Assembly: GCF_002310835.1 (NCBI RefSeq)
Contig: NZ_CP011041.1
Location: 1,590,001 to 1,622,000, forward strand
DNA from: Pseudoalteromonas tetraodonis
GTDB taxonomy: Bacteria > Pseudomonadota > Gammaproteobacteria > Enterobacterales > Alteromonadaceae
Length of the DNA stretch: 32,000 bases
Direction: 5' to 3'
Numbering within the stretch: the first letter of the stretch is position 1; the number at the start of each line of letters is the position of its first letter. Made by a program: the position numbers and the translations under genes. This document shows, piece after piece, positions 16,616-27,295 of the stretch. The notes under the pieces are model-generated. The model searched no databases, was not told the origin of the DNA, and saw nothing but the letters and a program-made list of their open reading frames with translations.

Positions 16616-17485
16616 ATGCGTTGGGAAGGTATTGATGAGTTTATTGCTGTTGGCGAAGAGGGGAGTTTTACCCAAGCTGCACAGACGTTAGGTTTATCGG
16701 TTGCTCATATTAGCCGCCATGTTACAAAGCTAGAACAACGGTTAAATACGCAATTATTAACACGTACCACTCGAAAGGTTGTGTTAACCAAAGAGGGCGA
16801 GCAGTTTTTACACCAAGTTAAACATTTACAGCACGCAATGGACGAGGCCACTCAAGGCTTAGCATCGGTACAAACCTCACCTAAAGGTAAAATTAAATTA
16901 ACAGCACCGGTTATGTATGGTGAAAGTTTTATTATGCCCATTGTGCATTCATTTATGCATGATCACCCAGAGGTAGAAGTAATCGCAACGCTCTCTAACG
17001 AGCAAGAAAACTTATTAGAGGGGGGCTTTGATTTAGCCATTCGACTAGGCCATTTAAAAGATTCAAGCTTAAAAGCGCGGCGCTTGAGCTCGCGACGATT
17101 TATTATGTGTGCTTCACCTGCATATTTAGCGCGTTTTGGTGAGCCTCACACTTTGGGGGAGCTTAACAATCATCAATGTTTAATTGGCAATAGTAGTTAT
17201 TGGCGAGTAAATGAAAATAATCGTGATAAACATATTAAGGTCGCAGGGCGATTGCATTGTAATAGCGGCTGGGCACTGGTTGACGGCGCTATAAAGGGTT
17301 TGGGTATTGTTCAGTTGCCTGATTACTATATTGAAAATGAAATTAAATCCGGTCAGTTAGTACCTATATTAACTGCATACCAACCACAACAAGAGGGCGT
17401 GTGGGGTCTATATCCGCCACGGCAATTTGTGGCTACTAATGTGCGGGTATTACTTGATTACTTAGTAACAGGGCTGAAAGTTTAG
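16616..17485 (+). CDS. LysR-family transcriptional regulator
   Basis: N-terminal wHTH (FIAVGEEGSFTQAAQTLGLSVAHISRHVTKLEQRL) plus a substrate-binding domain. The start at ATG 16616 (MRWEG..., 289 aa) is preferred to the track's upstream extension. No clear SD, so the start is uncertain. Confidence 0.85.
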   Translation: MRWEGIDEFIAVGEEGSFTQAAQTLGLSVAHISRHVTKLEQRLNTQLLTRTTRKVVLTKEGEQFLHQVKHLQHAMDEATQGLASVQTSPKGKIKLTAPVMYGESFIMPIVHSFMHDHPEVEVIATLSNEQENLLEGGFDLAIRLGHLKDSSLKARRLSSRRFIMCASPAYLARFGEPHTLGELNNHQCLIGNSSYWRVNENNRDKHIKVAGRLHCNSGWALVDGAIKGLGIVQLPDYYIENEIKSGQLVPILTAYQPQQEGVWGLYPPRQFVATNVRVLLDYLVTGLKV

Positions 17486-17621
17486 CAGGGTTTACTGGCT
17501 TGTTTAAAATATAGCCAAGTGTCAGATTTATAAATTATTTCTTACATTTATGGTGATATTCAATTGCGCTGAGTTCGTGCTACTATAACGCCACACTTTT
17601 GGCATTAATGTTTTAATTAAT

Positions 17622-18839
17622 ATGTTTCAACCTGTTAGCCTATTTATCGGACTCAGATATAGCCGCTCCTCTAAAGGCAATGCGTTTATTTCGTTCATTT
17701 CGTTTTTTTCTATTGCAGGTATAGCGATTGGTTTAATGGCGCTTTTTACGGTCAGTAGTGTAATGAACGGCTTTGAGAGTAGTTTAAAATCAAATATGTT
17801 GGGGCTTATTCCTCACGTTGAAATACAAGCCAAAGATCACTCCAAAGCGCAAATGAATTCGCTAAAACCTGCGCTTGAGCAATCACCGTATGTTGATCAT
17901 GTTAGTTTATATCGCCACGGTGAAGCCATATTGCAAACCAATAAAGATCTTCACGGGGTGTTATTACAAGGCCTTTACGACAACAACGGCTCGCTATATA
18001 AAATCACCGACAAAATAGTGCAAGGCAATTGGCAAAATGTACTAAACAATAATTATAATATTGCAATAAGTCGTTATTTAAGCCGCAAACTTGGCGTTGG
18101 TTTAGGTGATAAGTTACGTGTAATTATGCCTAACGCATCTACGTACACCCCACTTGGGCGCATGCCAAGCCAACGTTTATTTAAAATTGCTGCTATCTAT
18201 GAAACTGGCTCTGAAATAGACATGGGACTGGCATTTACCAGTGGCGTATCACTACAACGGGTTTTAAAACTTAGCAACAATACGGTACCTAATTTAAGCG
18301 TGTCACTGCATGAGCCGTTTGCACTTGACCAATTTATGCAAGACAGCCAACACATACTCAATGACTTTAAACTCACCGACTGGCGAAGCAGTCAAGGCAC
18401 TTTATTTGCCGCCGTTGCGATGGAAAAACGCATCATGTCTATGCTCCTTGGCTTAATTGTGCTGGTGGCGGTATTTAATATTGTATCGGCACTGACCATG
18501 ATGGTCAGTGAAAAACAAAGCGAAGTAGCAATTTTGCAAACATTAGGACTCACACCAAGCCAAGTGCAAACCGTATTTATGGTACAAGGGCTCTATAACG
18601 GAGTAATTGGCACGGCCGTGGGTGCTTTTTTAGGTCTTTTATTAAGTTTATATATAAATGAACTGCTGGCTTTGGTTGGTTTAAATTTACTATCGGGAAT
18701 TTCACTCCCCGTCAAATTTGATGTGGTTAGTTTAAGTGTTATTGCCGTTTTAAGCTTAGCAATGAGCTTTTTAGCGACTTTATATCCAGCACGCCAAGCC
18801 GCTAAAGTAAACCCAGCAGAGGTATTACGTTATGAATGA
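17622..18839 (+). CDS. lolC: lipoprotein-releasing ABC transporter permease LolC
   Basis: 405 aa, MacB/FtsX-type permease (LFIGLRYSRS..., C-terminal YPARQAAKVNPAEVLRYE). First gene of a lolCDE arrangement. Confidence 0.9.
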   Translation: MFQPVSLFIGLRYSRSSKGNAFISFISFFSIAGIAIGLMALFTVSSVMNGFESSLKSNMLGLIPHVEIQAKDHSKAQMNSLKPALEQSPYVDHVSLYRHGEAILQTNKDLHGVLLQGLYDNNGSLYKITDKIVQGNWQNVLNNNYNIAISRYLSRKLGVGLGDKLRVIMPNASTYTPLGRMPSQRLFKIAAIYETGSEIDMGLAFTSGVSLQRVLKLSNNTVPNLSVSLHEPFALDQFMQDSQHILNDFKLTDWRSSQGTLFAAVAMEKRIMSMLLGLIVLVAVFNIVSALTMMVSEKQSEVAILQTLGLTPSQVQTVFMVQGLYNGVIGTAVGAFLGLLLSLYINELLALVGLNLLSGISLPVKFDVVSLSVIAVLSLAMSFLATLYPARQAAKVNPAEVLRYE

Positions 18840-19530
18840 TTTAGTAATTAGTTGTGAAAAAATAAGTAAAGTGTACCAAGACGGGCAAAATCAGGTTGAG
18901 GTATTAAAAGGCGTTGATTTAGCCCTAACGCAAGGTGAAATGCTGGCAATTGTAGGCAGCTCAGGTTCAGGTAAAAGCACCTTGTTACATATTTTAGGCA
19001 CCTTAGACACGGCCAGTGCGGGTAGTGCAAAAATAAAAAACCAAGACGTTGCTAAGTTATCTCGCTCGCAGCAAGCGGCTTTCAGAAATAAAAACTTAGG
19101 GTTTATTTATCAGTTCCACCATTTATTAATGGAATTTAGTGCGGTTGAAAACGTTGCCATGCCATTACTCATAAAAGGGTTGAGCGCGAAAGAAGCCAAA
19201 AAGAAAGCACTTAACATGCTAGATAAGGTAGGCCTTGCACATAGAAGTAGCCATAAGCCTTCGGCTCTTTCTGGTGGTGAACGTCAGCGTGTTGCCATTG
19301 CACGCGCTTTAGTGACAGAGCCTGCGCTGGTGCTTGCTGATGAGCCAACGGGTAATTTAGATAAGCAAAATGCGATTAAAATTTACGATTTAATTAATGA
19401 GTTAAATAAAAGTTTAAACACCAGCTTTGTGGTAGTGACTCATGATTTAGAACTGGCAGATAAGCTGGGTAAAATAGCGTACTTAGATGATGGTAAACTA
19501 TCAATAAAAGAGTCTAGCCATGTTGCTTAG
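18832..19530 (+). CDS. lolD: lipoprotein-releasing ABC transporter ATPase LolD
   Basis: Walker A GSSGSGKST, signature LSGGERQR, Walker B LVLADEPT. Overlaps lolC by 8 nt. Confidence 0.92.
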   Translation: MNDLVISCEKISKVYQDGQNQVEVLKGVDLALTQGEMLAIVGSSGSGKSTLLHILGTLDTASAGSAKIKNQDVAKLSRSQQAAFRNKNLGFIYQFHHLLMEFSAVENVAMPLLIKGLSAKEAKKKALNMLDKVGLAHRSSHKPSALSGGERQRVAIARALVTEPALVLADEPTGNLDKQNAIKIYDLINELNKSLNTSFVVVTHDLELADKLGKIAYLDDGKLSIKESSHVA

Positions 19531-20764
19531 TGCCTTTATTAGTAAACGCTTTAGAGCCTATTCAGGCCATAAAGATGAAAAAAATGCCTTCGTAAGTTTT
19601 ATAGCCAAAGCATCCACTATTGGTATTTTACTTGGTGTTGCCGTGTTAATTGTGGCGTTATCGGTGATCAATGGTTTTGAGCAGCAATTAGTGCATCGCT
19701 TATTGAGTGTAGTGCCGCAAGTTGAATATGTTGCCCCAAGTAGGCCGATTGCCGATTGGCCCACTAAAGTCGAAAAGTTAAAACAGCAACCACACGTAAC
19801 GGGCGCAGCCCCATTTATTGCTGTTAATGGGATGGCGCAATTTAAAAGCCAATTAAAAGCGGTTGAGATCCGAGGTGTTGAGCCTTCGTTGGAAGGTGAT
19901 GTGTCAGCCATAAACCAATTTACACAAGGTAAATTAGTCAGCCAGTTAACAGGTGATGATGTTATTTTAGGCAAGCAAATTGTTAAGCAACTTAATATCG
20001 CATTAGGTGATAATGTGACCTTGTTAATCCCGCAAATTAGTGAAAAAGGCCAGTCATTACTCGCCCCAAAACGCGTTACCCTCACGCTTGCCGGCATTAT
20101 AGAAATGGGCGGACCAATCGACAGCAGCGCTGCTTTTATTCATCTTAACAAAGCACAACAAACCTTAGGCTATGATCAAAGCCAAGTAACAGGGTTACGC
20201 TTGCGTGTTGATGATGTGTTTTCGGCGCATCAAATAGCGCTTCGTGTTGGCCAGACCATTACCGATTATGTGTATATTTCGAGTTGGCTCAGAACGCAAG
20301 GTAGCTTGTATCAAGATATTCAAATGGTGCGCACGATTGTTTATATTGTGGTGTTTTTAATTATCGCGGTGGCGAGTTTCAATATTGTGTCTTCACTGGT
20401 AATGGAAGTGCGTGAAAAAGAAGGCAATATTGCTATTTTAAAAACCATGGGTGCCAAAGACAGTACCATATTGGCTACTTTTGTCATGCAAGGCTTAACC
20501 CAAGCATTTGTGGGTGTACTTTTAGGCTCAATTGTTGGCGTGATTTTAGCAATTAATATTAGTGAGCTATTTACTTGGCTGAGCTTATTACTGGGTGAAA
20601 ACCCGCTAGAAGGTGTGTACTTTATCGAATTTTTGCCCAGTAAATTAGTTTGGCAAGATATTGTGTTGACCGTTATAGCCACCTTTGTGCTTGCGATATT
20701 TGCTACGCTATATCCAGCATGGCAAGCAACACGCGTAGATCCGGCAAAGGTATTGGGTAATTAA
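19520..20764 (+). CDS. lolE: lipoprotein-releasing ABC transporter permease LolE
   Basis: 414 aa. Collinear similarity to E. coli LolE (IGILLGVAVLIV..SVINGFE, FNIVSSLVMEVREK, YPAWQATRVDPAKVL). Overlaps lolD by 11 nt. Confidence 0.9.
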   Translation: MLLSAFISKRFRAYSGHKDEKNAFVSFIAKASTIGILLGVAVLIVALSVINGFEQQLVHRLLSVVPQVEYVAPSRPIADWPTKVEKLKQQPHVTGAAPFIAVNGMAQFKSQLKAVEIRGVEPSLEGDVSAINQFTQGKLVSQLTGDDVILGKQIVKQLNIALGDNVTLLIPQISEKGQSLLAPKRVTLTLAGIIEMGGPIDSSAAFIHLNKAQQTLGYDQSQVTGLRLRVDDVFSAHQIALRVGQTITDYVYISSWLRTQGSLYQDIQMVRTIVYIVVFLIIAVASFNIVSSLVMEVREKEGNIAILKTMGAKDSTILATFVMQGLTQAFVGVLLGSIVGVILAINISELFTWLSLLLGENPLEGVYFIEFLPSKLVWQDIVLTVIATFVLAIFATLYPAWQATRVDPAKVLGN

Positions 20765-20862
20765 ACACAGTATTTAATAGGGTGCTTAGTGTAACTCTGA
20801 TAAACTGCGCCGCTACTAAACAGCTTTTGTTTGCTGAGCGCTTATTTACCTTGGGATTTACT

Positions 20863-21336
20863 TTGACAAATAACGATATTTTACGCCGTATTCGCTACAC
20901 CTTTGATTTAACTGATTCAGCTATGGTTGATGTTTTCGCCGCAGCAGCGCAGAGCGTAAGCACTGAGCAGGTGATTGCATGGTTAACTAAAGAGGGCGAG
21001 CCTGGGTATACCCCAATAAGTGACACTGAATTTGCGGTATTTTTAAATGGTTTTATAAATACCAAGCGCGGCAAGCGTGAAGGTGAGCAGCCAGAGCCTG
21101 AAAGTAAATTGAACAACAATATTATTTTTATGAAGCTACGTATTGCTTTAAATATGAAAGCAGAAGACGTGATCGCGACCTTGGCGTTGGTTGATTTTGA
21201 TTTAAGTAAACATGAGCTAAGCGCATTTTCACGTAAAGTTGAAAACAAGCATTACCGTGTGTGTAACGATCAAATATTGCGTTTATTTTTAACCGGTGTA
21301 CAGCGTACTTTTCGCCCAGATGGCGAAAAAGCTTAA
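20863..21336 (+). CDS. DUF1456-family protein (YehS-like)
   Basis: Two repeats of the DUF1456-type motif (TNNDILRRIRYTFDL and NNIIFMKLRIAL). The in-frame TTG at 20863, with GGGA 6 nt upstream, gives 157 aa, similar to E. coli YehS. The track's GTG at 20782 adds 27 poorly conserved-looking residues. Start is uncertain. Confidence 0.7.
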   Translation: MTNNDILRRIRYTFDLTDSAMVDVFAAAAQSVSTEQVIAWLTKEGEPGYTPISDTEFAVFLNGFINTKRGKREGEQPEPESKLNNNIIFMKLRIALNMKAEDVIATLALVDFDLSKHELSAFSRKVENKHYRVCNDQILRLFLTGVQRTFRPDGEKA

Positions 21337-21344
21337 TGCATTTT

Positions 21345-21371
21345 ATGGAGGTTGAATACAACCTCCATTTT
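21345..21371 (+). terminator. hairpin terminator after the DUF1456 gene
   Basis: ATGGAGGTTG (21345-21354) pairs with CAACCTCCAT (21359-21368) around a 4-nt loop. It is followed by TTT and preceded by TTTT. Confidence 0.6.
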
Positions 21372-21675
21372 GACCTCTCCACATTTACTCAATTATCAGT
21401 CTATCCTTCTACAACTTCAGTCTCATAAAGCAGTTTATTTTGTCGCTCTCGTAAAAATGTAGAGTCGTATTTTGTTTTACTATTTTTTTAATACTTTTAA
21501 CGTGTTATTCATTCAAATGGGTGTTTTTAGCATATAAATTCTTTTTTAATGAGTTTTTATACAAAAGAAACAACAATTTAATTCAACATCAAACACGTGC
21601 ATCCAGTTTATCTATGATGTTAAAGTGTGAAAATAATGATCGGATAATTAATTTCTTCACTAACAATAGCATTGA

Positions 21676-23076
<1,401 letters not shown>

Positions 23077-23117
23077 TAGCGCCTCGGCTATTTAATTAAC
23101 TCTCTACTTTTATTCGT

Positions 23118-23148
23118 TATATCCTGAATAAGAATTGTTCAGGATATA
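23118..23148 (+). terminator. 11-bp hairpin downstream of gdhA (no clear U-tract)
   Basis: TATATCCTGAA (23118-23128) pairs with TTCAGGATATA (23138-23148) around a 9-nt loop. It lies 42 nt after the gdhA stop. Confidence 0.4.
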
Positions 23149-23232
23149 GCAAAAATAATGTATAATATTATTTAATAAGGTAAATTTAACTCGCTAATTA
23201 ATAACAATAAACTATACTTTGGATAAGGATCA

Positions 23233-24363
23233 GTGAGCTTATTAAGGAGAGTGCAGGTGCGACTTATTCCCGCAATTTTTTATTTTTCAAGTGCGACAGA
23301 GCACGACTTCCAAAATCAACTTAATAAAAGCTCAATGCGCCTTGCTGATGCATCACTCTACCTTGTAACACTTTTTTTATTGTCTTTTATTTTTATGGCT
23401 TGGTTTAATCAACAAGAGCCTGCTAATTCAACAATAACAATTTTACGTGTAGTTATGGTATTGCTATCGATAGTTCTGATTATTATAAATAAAACACTAA
23501 GTTCAGAGTACTTACATTCGCGCTTTTTTATTTATGCGGTTTTATTTTGTTTTTTATTTAGTTATTTCTTCTGGGTATATGTTCAGCGTTACGGTGAGTT
23601 GAAAGAGGGAGGGCCTATGCTTGTAGCGGCTGCATTTATAGCCATACCGATGCTGCACTTAGGACATAAACTGGTTTTATGGTCAATAATCGGCATTGCC
23701 TTGATATTTATTGAGCTTTTTTCTTCTACTTCGATTGTATGGACACTTTATTTTTATTTTAGCATGGTGATTGTATTGGCTATTGTGCAATATCAACTAG
23801 ATACCTTATTAAGAAAGCAATATAAAGCGGAGTTATTTGAAACGGAAAAAGCTAACACCGATCAGTTAACAGGTATGCATAATCGGCATAGTTTTGATCG
23901 GCGCTGTAAAGCATTAATTAACAAGTTAGCGCCATCACAATATTTAGGGTTAGCCATGATTGATATCGACTATTTTAAAAAATATAACGATAACTACGGC
24001 CACTTAGAGGGAGATAACGTACTAATAGCAGTAGCAAACCGATTAAAACATTGTGACGCTGATATTGTGGTGCGCTTTGGTGGTGAAGAATTCATATTAG
24101 TAAAAACATTGCTAGCGAATGAGCTAGATTGGTTAAGTGACTTACCTAAGTGCTTCGCAGACGACCCCATTGCACACCAATATTCACCTTTTAACCGTAT
24201 TACTGTCTCTGCCGGTATTGCAATTGATCAATACACGACATACAGACCTTCAATAAAATCATTGTTAGCAACAGCTGATGTAGGGGTTTATAAAGCTAAA
24301 AATGCAGGACGAAATATCAGTATTACCGATTTTGTTGACCCTAAACAACCTGAAATTGAGTAA
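23233..24363 (+). CDS. membrane-anchored GGDEF diguanylate cyclase
   Basis: About 6 N-terminal TM helices, then a GGDEF domain (DQLTGMHNRHSFD, MIDIDYFKKYNDNYGHLEGD, RFGGEEF, VYKAKNAGRN). The start is uncertain: the GTG at 23233 or the GTG at 23257, which lies 7 nt after AAGGAG. Confidence 0.8.
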   Translation: MSLLRRVQVRLIPAIFYFSSATEHDFQNQLNKSSMRLADASLYLVTLFLLSFIFMAWFNQQEPANSTITILRVVMVLLSIVLIIINKTLSSEYLHSRFFIYAVLFCFLFSYFFWVYVQRYGELKEGGPMLVAAAFIAIPMLHLGHKLVLWSIIGIALIFIELFSSTSIVWTLYFYFSMVIVLAIVQYQLDTLLRKQYKAELFETEKANTDQLTGMHNRHSFDRRCKALINKLAPSQYLGLAMIDIDYFKKYNDNYGHLEGDNVLIAVANRLKHCDADIVVRFGGEEFILVKTLLANELDWLSDLPKCFADDPIAHQYSPFNRITVSAGIAIDQYTTYRPSIKSLLATADVGVYKAKNAGRNISITDFVDPKQPEIE

Positions 24364-24366
24364 GAC

Positions 24367-24400
24367 AATGCAAAGCACTAAGCCGATAGTGCTTCGCATT
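24367..24400. terminator. shared hairpin between convergent GGDEF and acyl-CoA synthetase genes
   Basis: AATGCAAAGCACTA (24367-24380) pairs with TAGTGCTTCGCATT (24387-24400): a 14-bp stem with one mismatch and a 6-nt loop. No U-tract on either side. Confidence 0.5.
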
Positions 24401-24408
24401 GAATCGGA

Positions 24409-26142
24409 TTACGAAAATGCAGACTCGGCGAGCTCTTCTTGCATTTGTTCACGCATTTTAAATTTTTGCAATTTGCCGGTTACCGTCATCGGGTAATTTT
24501 CAACAAAGCGAATGTATTTAGGTTGTTTAAAGTAGGCGAGTTTGTCCTTTAAAAACAGACGAATTGCCTGCTCATCAAGCACTTCACCTTCTTTAGGCTG
24601 GATCCAAGCACAGACTTCTTCACCGAATTTTTCATCACTAATGCCAAAAATAGCGGCGTCTTGTATACCCGGATAGGTGTAAAGCACTTCTTCAATTTCA
24701 CGCGGATAAATGTTTTCACCACCACGAATAATCATGTCTTTAATTCTGCCAACAATGCTGACAAAGCCCTCACTGTCCATTACCCCTAAATCGCCCGAGT
24801 GCAGCCAGCCGTCATTGTCGATAGTAGCTTTGGTTTTCTCTTCATCATTCCAGTAGCAACGCATAATGCCGGCCCCACGGCTACATACTTCACCAGGCTG
24901 CCCGATTTTTTGAATGTCACCAACCTCATCAATAATTTTTACTTCGGTGTGTGCAAGTGCTCGGCCAACCGTAGTGACTTGACGCTCAATAGAAGAGTCG
25001 GTTTCGGTAATGTTATTAATTGGGCTGCATTCTGTTTGCCCATAGGCAATTACCACCTGATTCATATTCATGAGTGTTTGTACTTTACGCATCACCTGTT
25101 CAGGACAAGTTGAGCCTGCCATAACACCCGTTCGCAGTGTACTTAAGTCATACTCGTTAAAGTTATTAAGCTCTAACTCGCTTATAAACATAGTGGGTAC
25201 ACCATGAAGGCCGGTGCATTTTTCTTGTTGTACCACCTCTAATGTAGTTTTTGGATCAAAAGAATCACTTGGATAAATTGCAGCGGCCCCTTTACTGACA
25301 CACAATAAACTGCCTAATACCATGCCAAAGCAGTGATATAGCGGAACAGGAATACAGAGCTTATCGCGCTCAGTAAAGTGCATAGCTTGTGCGACTAAAA
25401 GCGCATTATTCAATATATTTTTATGCGTCAACGTAGCCCCTTTAGGGTTTCCTGTTGTGCCAGAGGTAAATTGAATATTGATATCTTGATTGCAATCGAG
25501 GGTTTTGGCCACCGCTTGCAGTTCTAATTTATGTGCATCGGTGGGCATGCTCATAACCTCATTAAAGGAAAACATCCCATCGACGGGTTCATCACCAATA
25601 CAAATTACATTTTTTAAAGTGGGTAATTTGACTGCGGTTAACTCACCTTTGTTACAACCGCTAAGCTCAGGAGCTAAACTTTGCAGCATATTAATATAGT
25701 GGCTGCCTTTAAATTCAGTGGCGGTAATAAGCGTAGAACACTCCACACTGTTTAGTGCATATTGCAGTTCACTGGGACGATACGCTGGGTTAATGCATAC
25801 CATAATGGCACCTATTTTAGCGGTGGCAAATTGTGTTAAGCACCACTGTATATTGTTCGGTGACCAAATACCGACCCGTTCACCAGGTTTTACCCCTAAA
25901 GCCAGTAACCCCATAGCAAGTTGATTAATCTGCTGTTGAAATTGCTTATAGCTCAAACGTATATTTTGATGGGCAACGACTACGGCCAGAGCGTCTGGGT
26001 TATTGTCGACAATGCCGTCAAAGTAATCGCCTATGGTTTGTTCTACTAGTGGTGTGCTCTGAATTCCTTTAAAATAGCTGTTTGATAGCGGTATAGTGTT
26101 TATTTGCTCTACTTCTTTTATCACTTTTTGTGTCGCTTTCAT
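24409..26142 (-). CDS. AMP-binding acyl-CoA synthetase (medium/long-chain fatty-acid-CoA ligase-like)
   Basis: AMP-binding signature FTSGTTGNPKGATLTH, plus YGQTE, GWLHSGDLG and IIRGGENIYPREIE. The ATG at 26142 (MKATQ) has GGAG 6 nt upstream and is preferred to the track start at 26205. Confidence 0.88.
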   Translation of the reverse strand: MKATQKVIKEVEQINTIPLSNSYFKGIQSTPLVEQTIGDYFDGIVDNNPDALAVVVAHQNIRLSYKQFQQQINQLAMGLLALGVKPGERVGIWSPNNIQWCLTQFATAKIGAIMVCINPAYRPSELQYALNSVECSTLITATEFKGSHYINMLQSLAPELSGCNKGELTAVKLPTLKNVICIGDEPVDGMFSFNEVMSMPTDAHKLELQAVAKTLDCNQDINIQFTSGTTGNPKGATLTHKNILNNALLVAQAMHFTERDKLCIPVPLYHCFGMVLGSLLCVSKGAAAIYPSDSFDPKTTLEVVQQEKCTGLHGVPTMFISELELNNFNEYDLSTLRTGVMAGSTCPEQVMRKVQTLMNMNQVVIAYGQTECSPINNITETDSSIERQVTTVGRALAHTEVKIIDEVGDIQKIGQPGEVCSRGAGIMRCYWNDEEKTKATIDNDGWLHSGDLGVMDSEGFVSIVGRIKDMIIRGGENIYPREIEEVLYTYPGIQDAAIFGISDEKFGEEVCAWIQPKEGEVLDEQAIRLFLKDKLAYFKQPKYIRFVENYPMTVTGKLQKFKMREQMQEELAESAFS

Positions 26143-26231
26143 GACATACTCCATGTTTTTATTTTTGAGAGGCCTGCTGTTTAAATAAACACGAATTGTC
26201 GACAAAAGGAAGAGGGTTAGACTAATGTATT

Positions 26232-26394
26232 ATACCAATCGGCAATAATACTAAATCATTTTGAGGGGGCAAATCAGACGCTAGCTGTGTAAAAAATTTC
26301 TCATTTAGAACAACTACCTAACGAAATTTTTGCTTTGATATCGACACGATTTTCCTCCCTCAAAATTAGATCACTTAGTTAAGCGAATTGGTAT
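26232..26394. repeat. long imperfect inverted repeat with nested hairpins
   Basis: ATACCAAT (26232-26239) pairs with ATTGGTAT (26387-26394). ATTTTGAGGGGG (26258-26269) pairs with CCTCCCTCAAAAT (26354-26366): 12 bp with one G-U. The inner AAAAATTTC (26292-26300) pairs with GAAATTTTT (26323-26331). Confidence 0.5.
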
Positions 26395-26421
26395 TGCTGT
26401 TTTTATGTAGAATTTAAAGAC

Positions 26422-26457
26422 AAAAAAACGCGTACTCTCTAGCGAATACGCGTTTTT
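26422..26457. terminator. bidirectional intrinsic terminator (serves the minus-strand 148-aa gene)
   Basis: A7 (26422-26428), then stem ACGCGTA (26428-26434) pairing with TACGCGT (26447-26453), then T5 (26453-57). On the minus strand the hairpin is followed by T7, 17 nt after the stop at 26475. Confidence 0.75.
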
Positions 26458-26474
26458 ATAAGGATGTAATTAAT

Positions 26475-26921
26475 TTACATTTCGTCGCTGCGATACGTTT
26501 TTTTCATGATGTAAACGTAAGCATTAACAAATGCATTTTCTTGATACTTTTTAAGACCGGTGTCTTCAAACGCGATAGGTATCGGATTACGTTTTACTTG
26601 TTCTTTTATTTCGGTGGTTGAAAACACGCGTACATCGAGATTATCGATTAACTGAATAGCGGTTTCCATTTTGAATCCTTTAGCGCTGCCAGCAAACTTA
26701 CCTTTAGGTTGGCGTTCGCGAATGGCAACCGAATCAATTTGATAATCTTGCATTAACTTGGCAAAATCAAATTGAAATTTACGCATTATTTCAGTGTCGT
26801 TACCGTTACCTAAGGTAAAGCGTGTTTGGCGCACGTCACGAATATCAAAAACGTCGTTATCTTTACTTAAAATACAAAGTAGTACATCGCTACCGGTAAT
26901 TTCTACACCACATGTTCTCAT
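26475..26921 (-). CDS. conserved hypothetical protein (DUF3010-like by recollection)
   Basis: 148-aa ORF with normal composition and its own terminator. The N-terminus MRTCGVEITGSDVLLCIL resembles the family I recall as DUF3010. Unverified. Confidence 0.6.
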   Translation of the reverse strand: MRTCGVEITGSDVLLCILSKDNDVFDIRDVRQTRFTLGNGNDTEIMRKFQFDFAKLMQDYQIDSVAIRERQPKGKFAGSAKGFKMETAIQLIDNLDVRVFSTTEIKEQVKRNPIPIAFEDTGLKKYQENAFVNAYVYIMKKTYRSDEM

Positions 26922-27193
26922 TGTTAATCTCTACTATAACTTAATTACCGGTTATTATACGCAACACGCATTAAAATGCGAGTTTAAGCACTTTGTGTGC
27001 TGCTTTAATATAGTGCTTTACGTTAATTTGATGCGGCGTGACTGAAGAAAAATTATTAATTGCACATTTATGTTAAAAATGCGTGGTTTTTAGTAGCTTA
27101 AAACTTGTAATTAACGCTGCAGCACGCGACAATATCTTTTTTGTAGTTGAGCAGACTCAGCATCTACATTAGCCTTTGAGGGCGAAAAATAGT

Positions 27194-27274
27194 CAATGCT
27201 TATTCGTAAAAGCGTTGTCGAGTCATTCTCATTTAATTAATTAAAAAATACACGTGATACATTGTAGGTGTCAC
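27194..27274 (+). promoter_or_regulatory. thrS translational operator with two tRNA-Thr anticodon-arm mimics
   Basis: The distal hairpin pairs 27194-27201 with 27210-27217 (8 bp, one G-U); its loop ATTCGTAA contains U-CGU-A. The proximal hairpin pairs GTGATAC (27254-27260) with GTGTCAC (27268-27274) (7 bp, one G-U); its 7-nt loop ATTGTAG reads U-UGU-A. A 36-nt AU-rich linker joins them. The AAGGA SD is at 27285-27289 and the ATG at 27296. Confidence 0.6.
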
Positions 27275-27295
27275 CACTGTATGTAAGGATTTATA

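Noticed and set aside
18848-21382. ORFs 18848-19030(-), 19558-20097(-), 20341-20682(-), 20895-21248(-) and 21128-21382(-)
   Set aside because: They are antisense to lolD, lolE and the DUF1456 gene, all of which show strong collinear similarity to known proteins. The 179-aa ORF is Cys/Thr/Asn-rich and lacks an SD.
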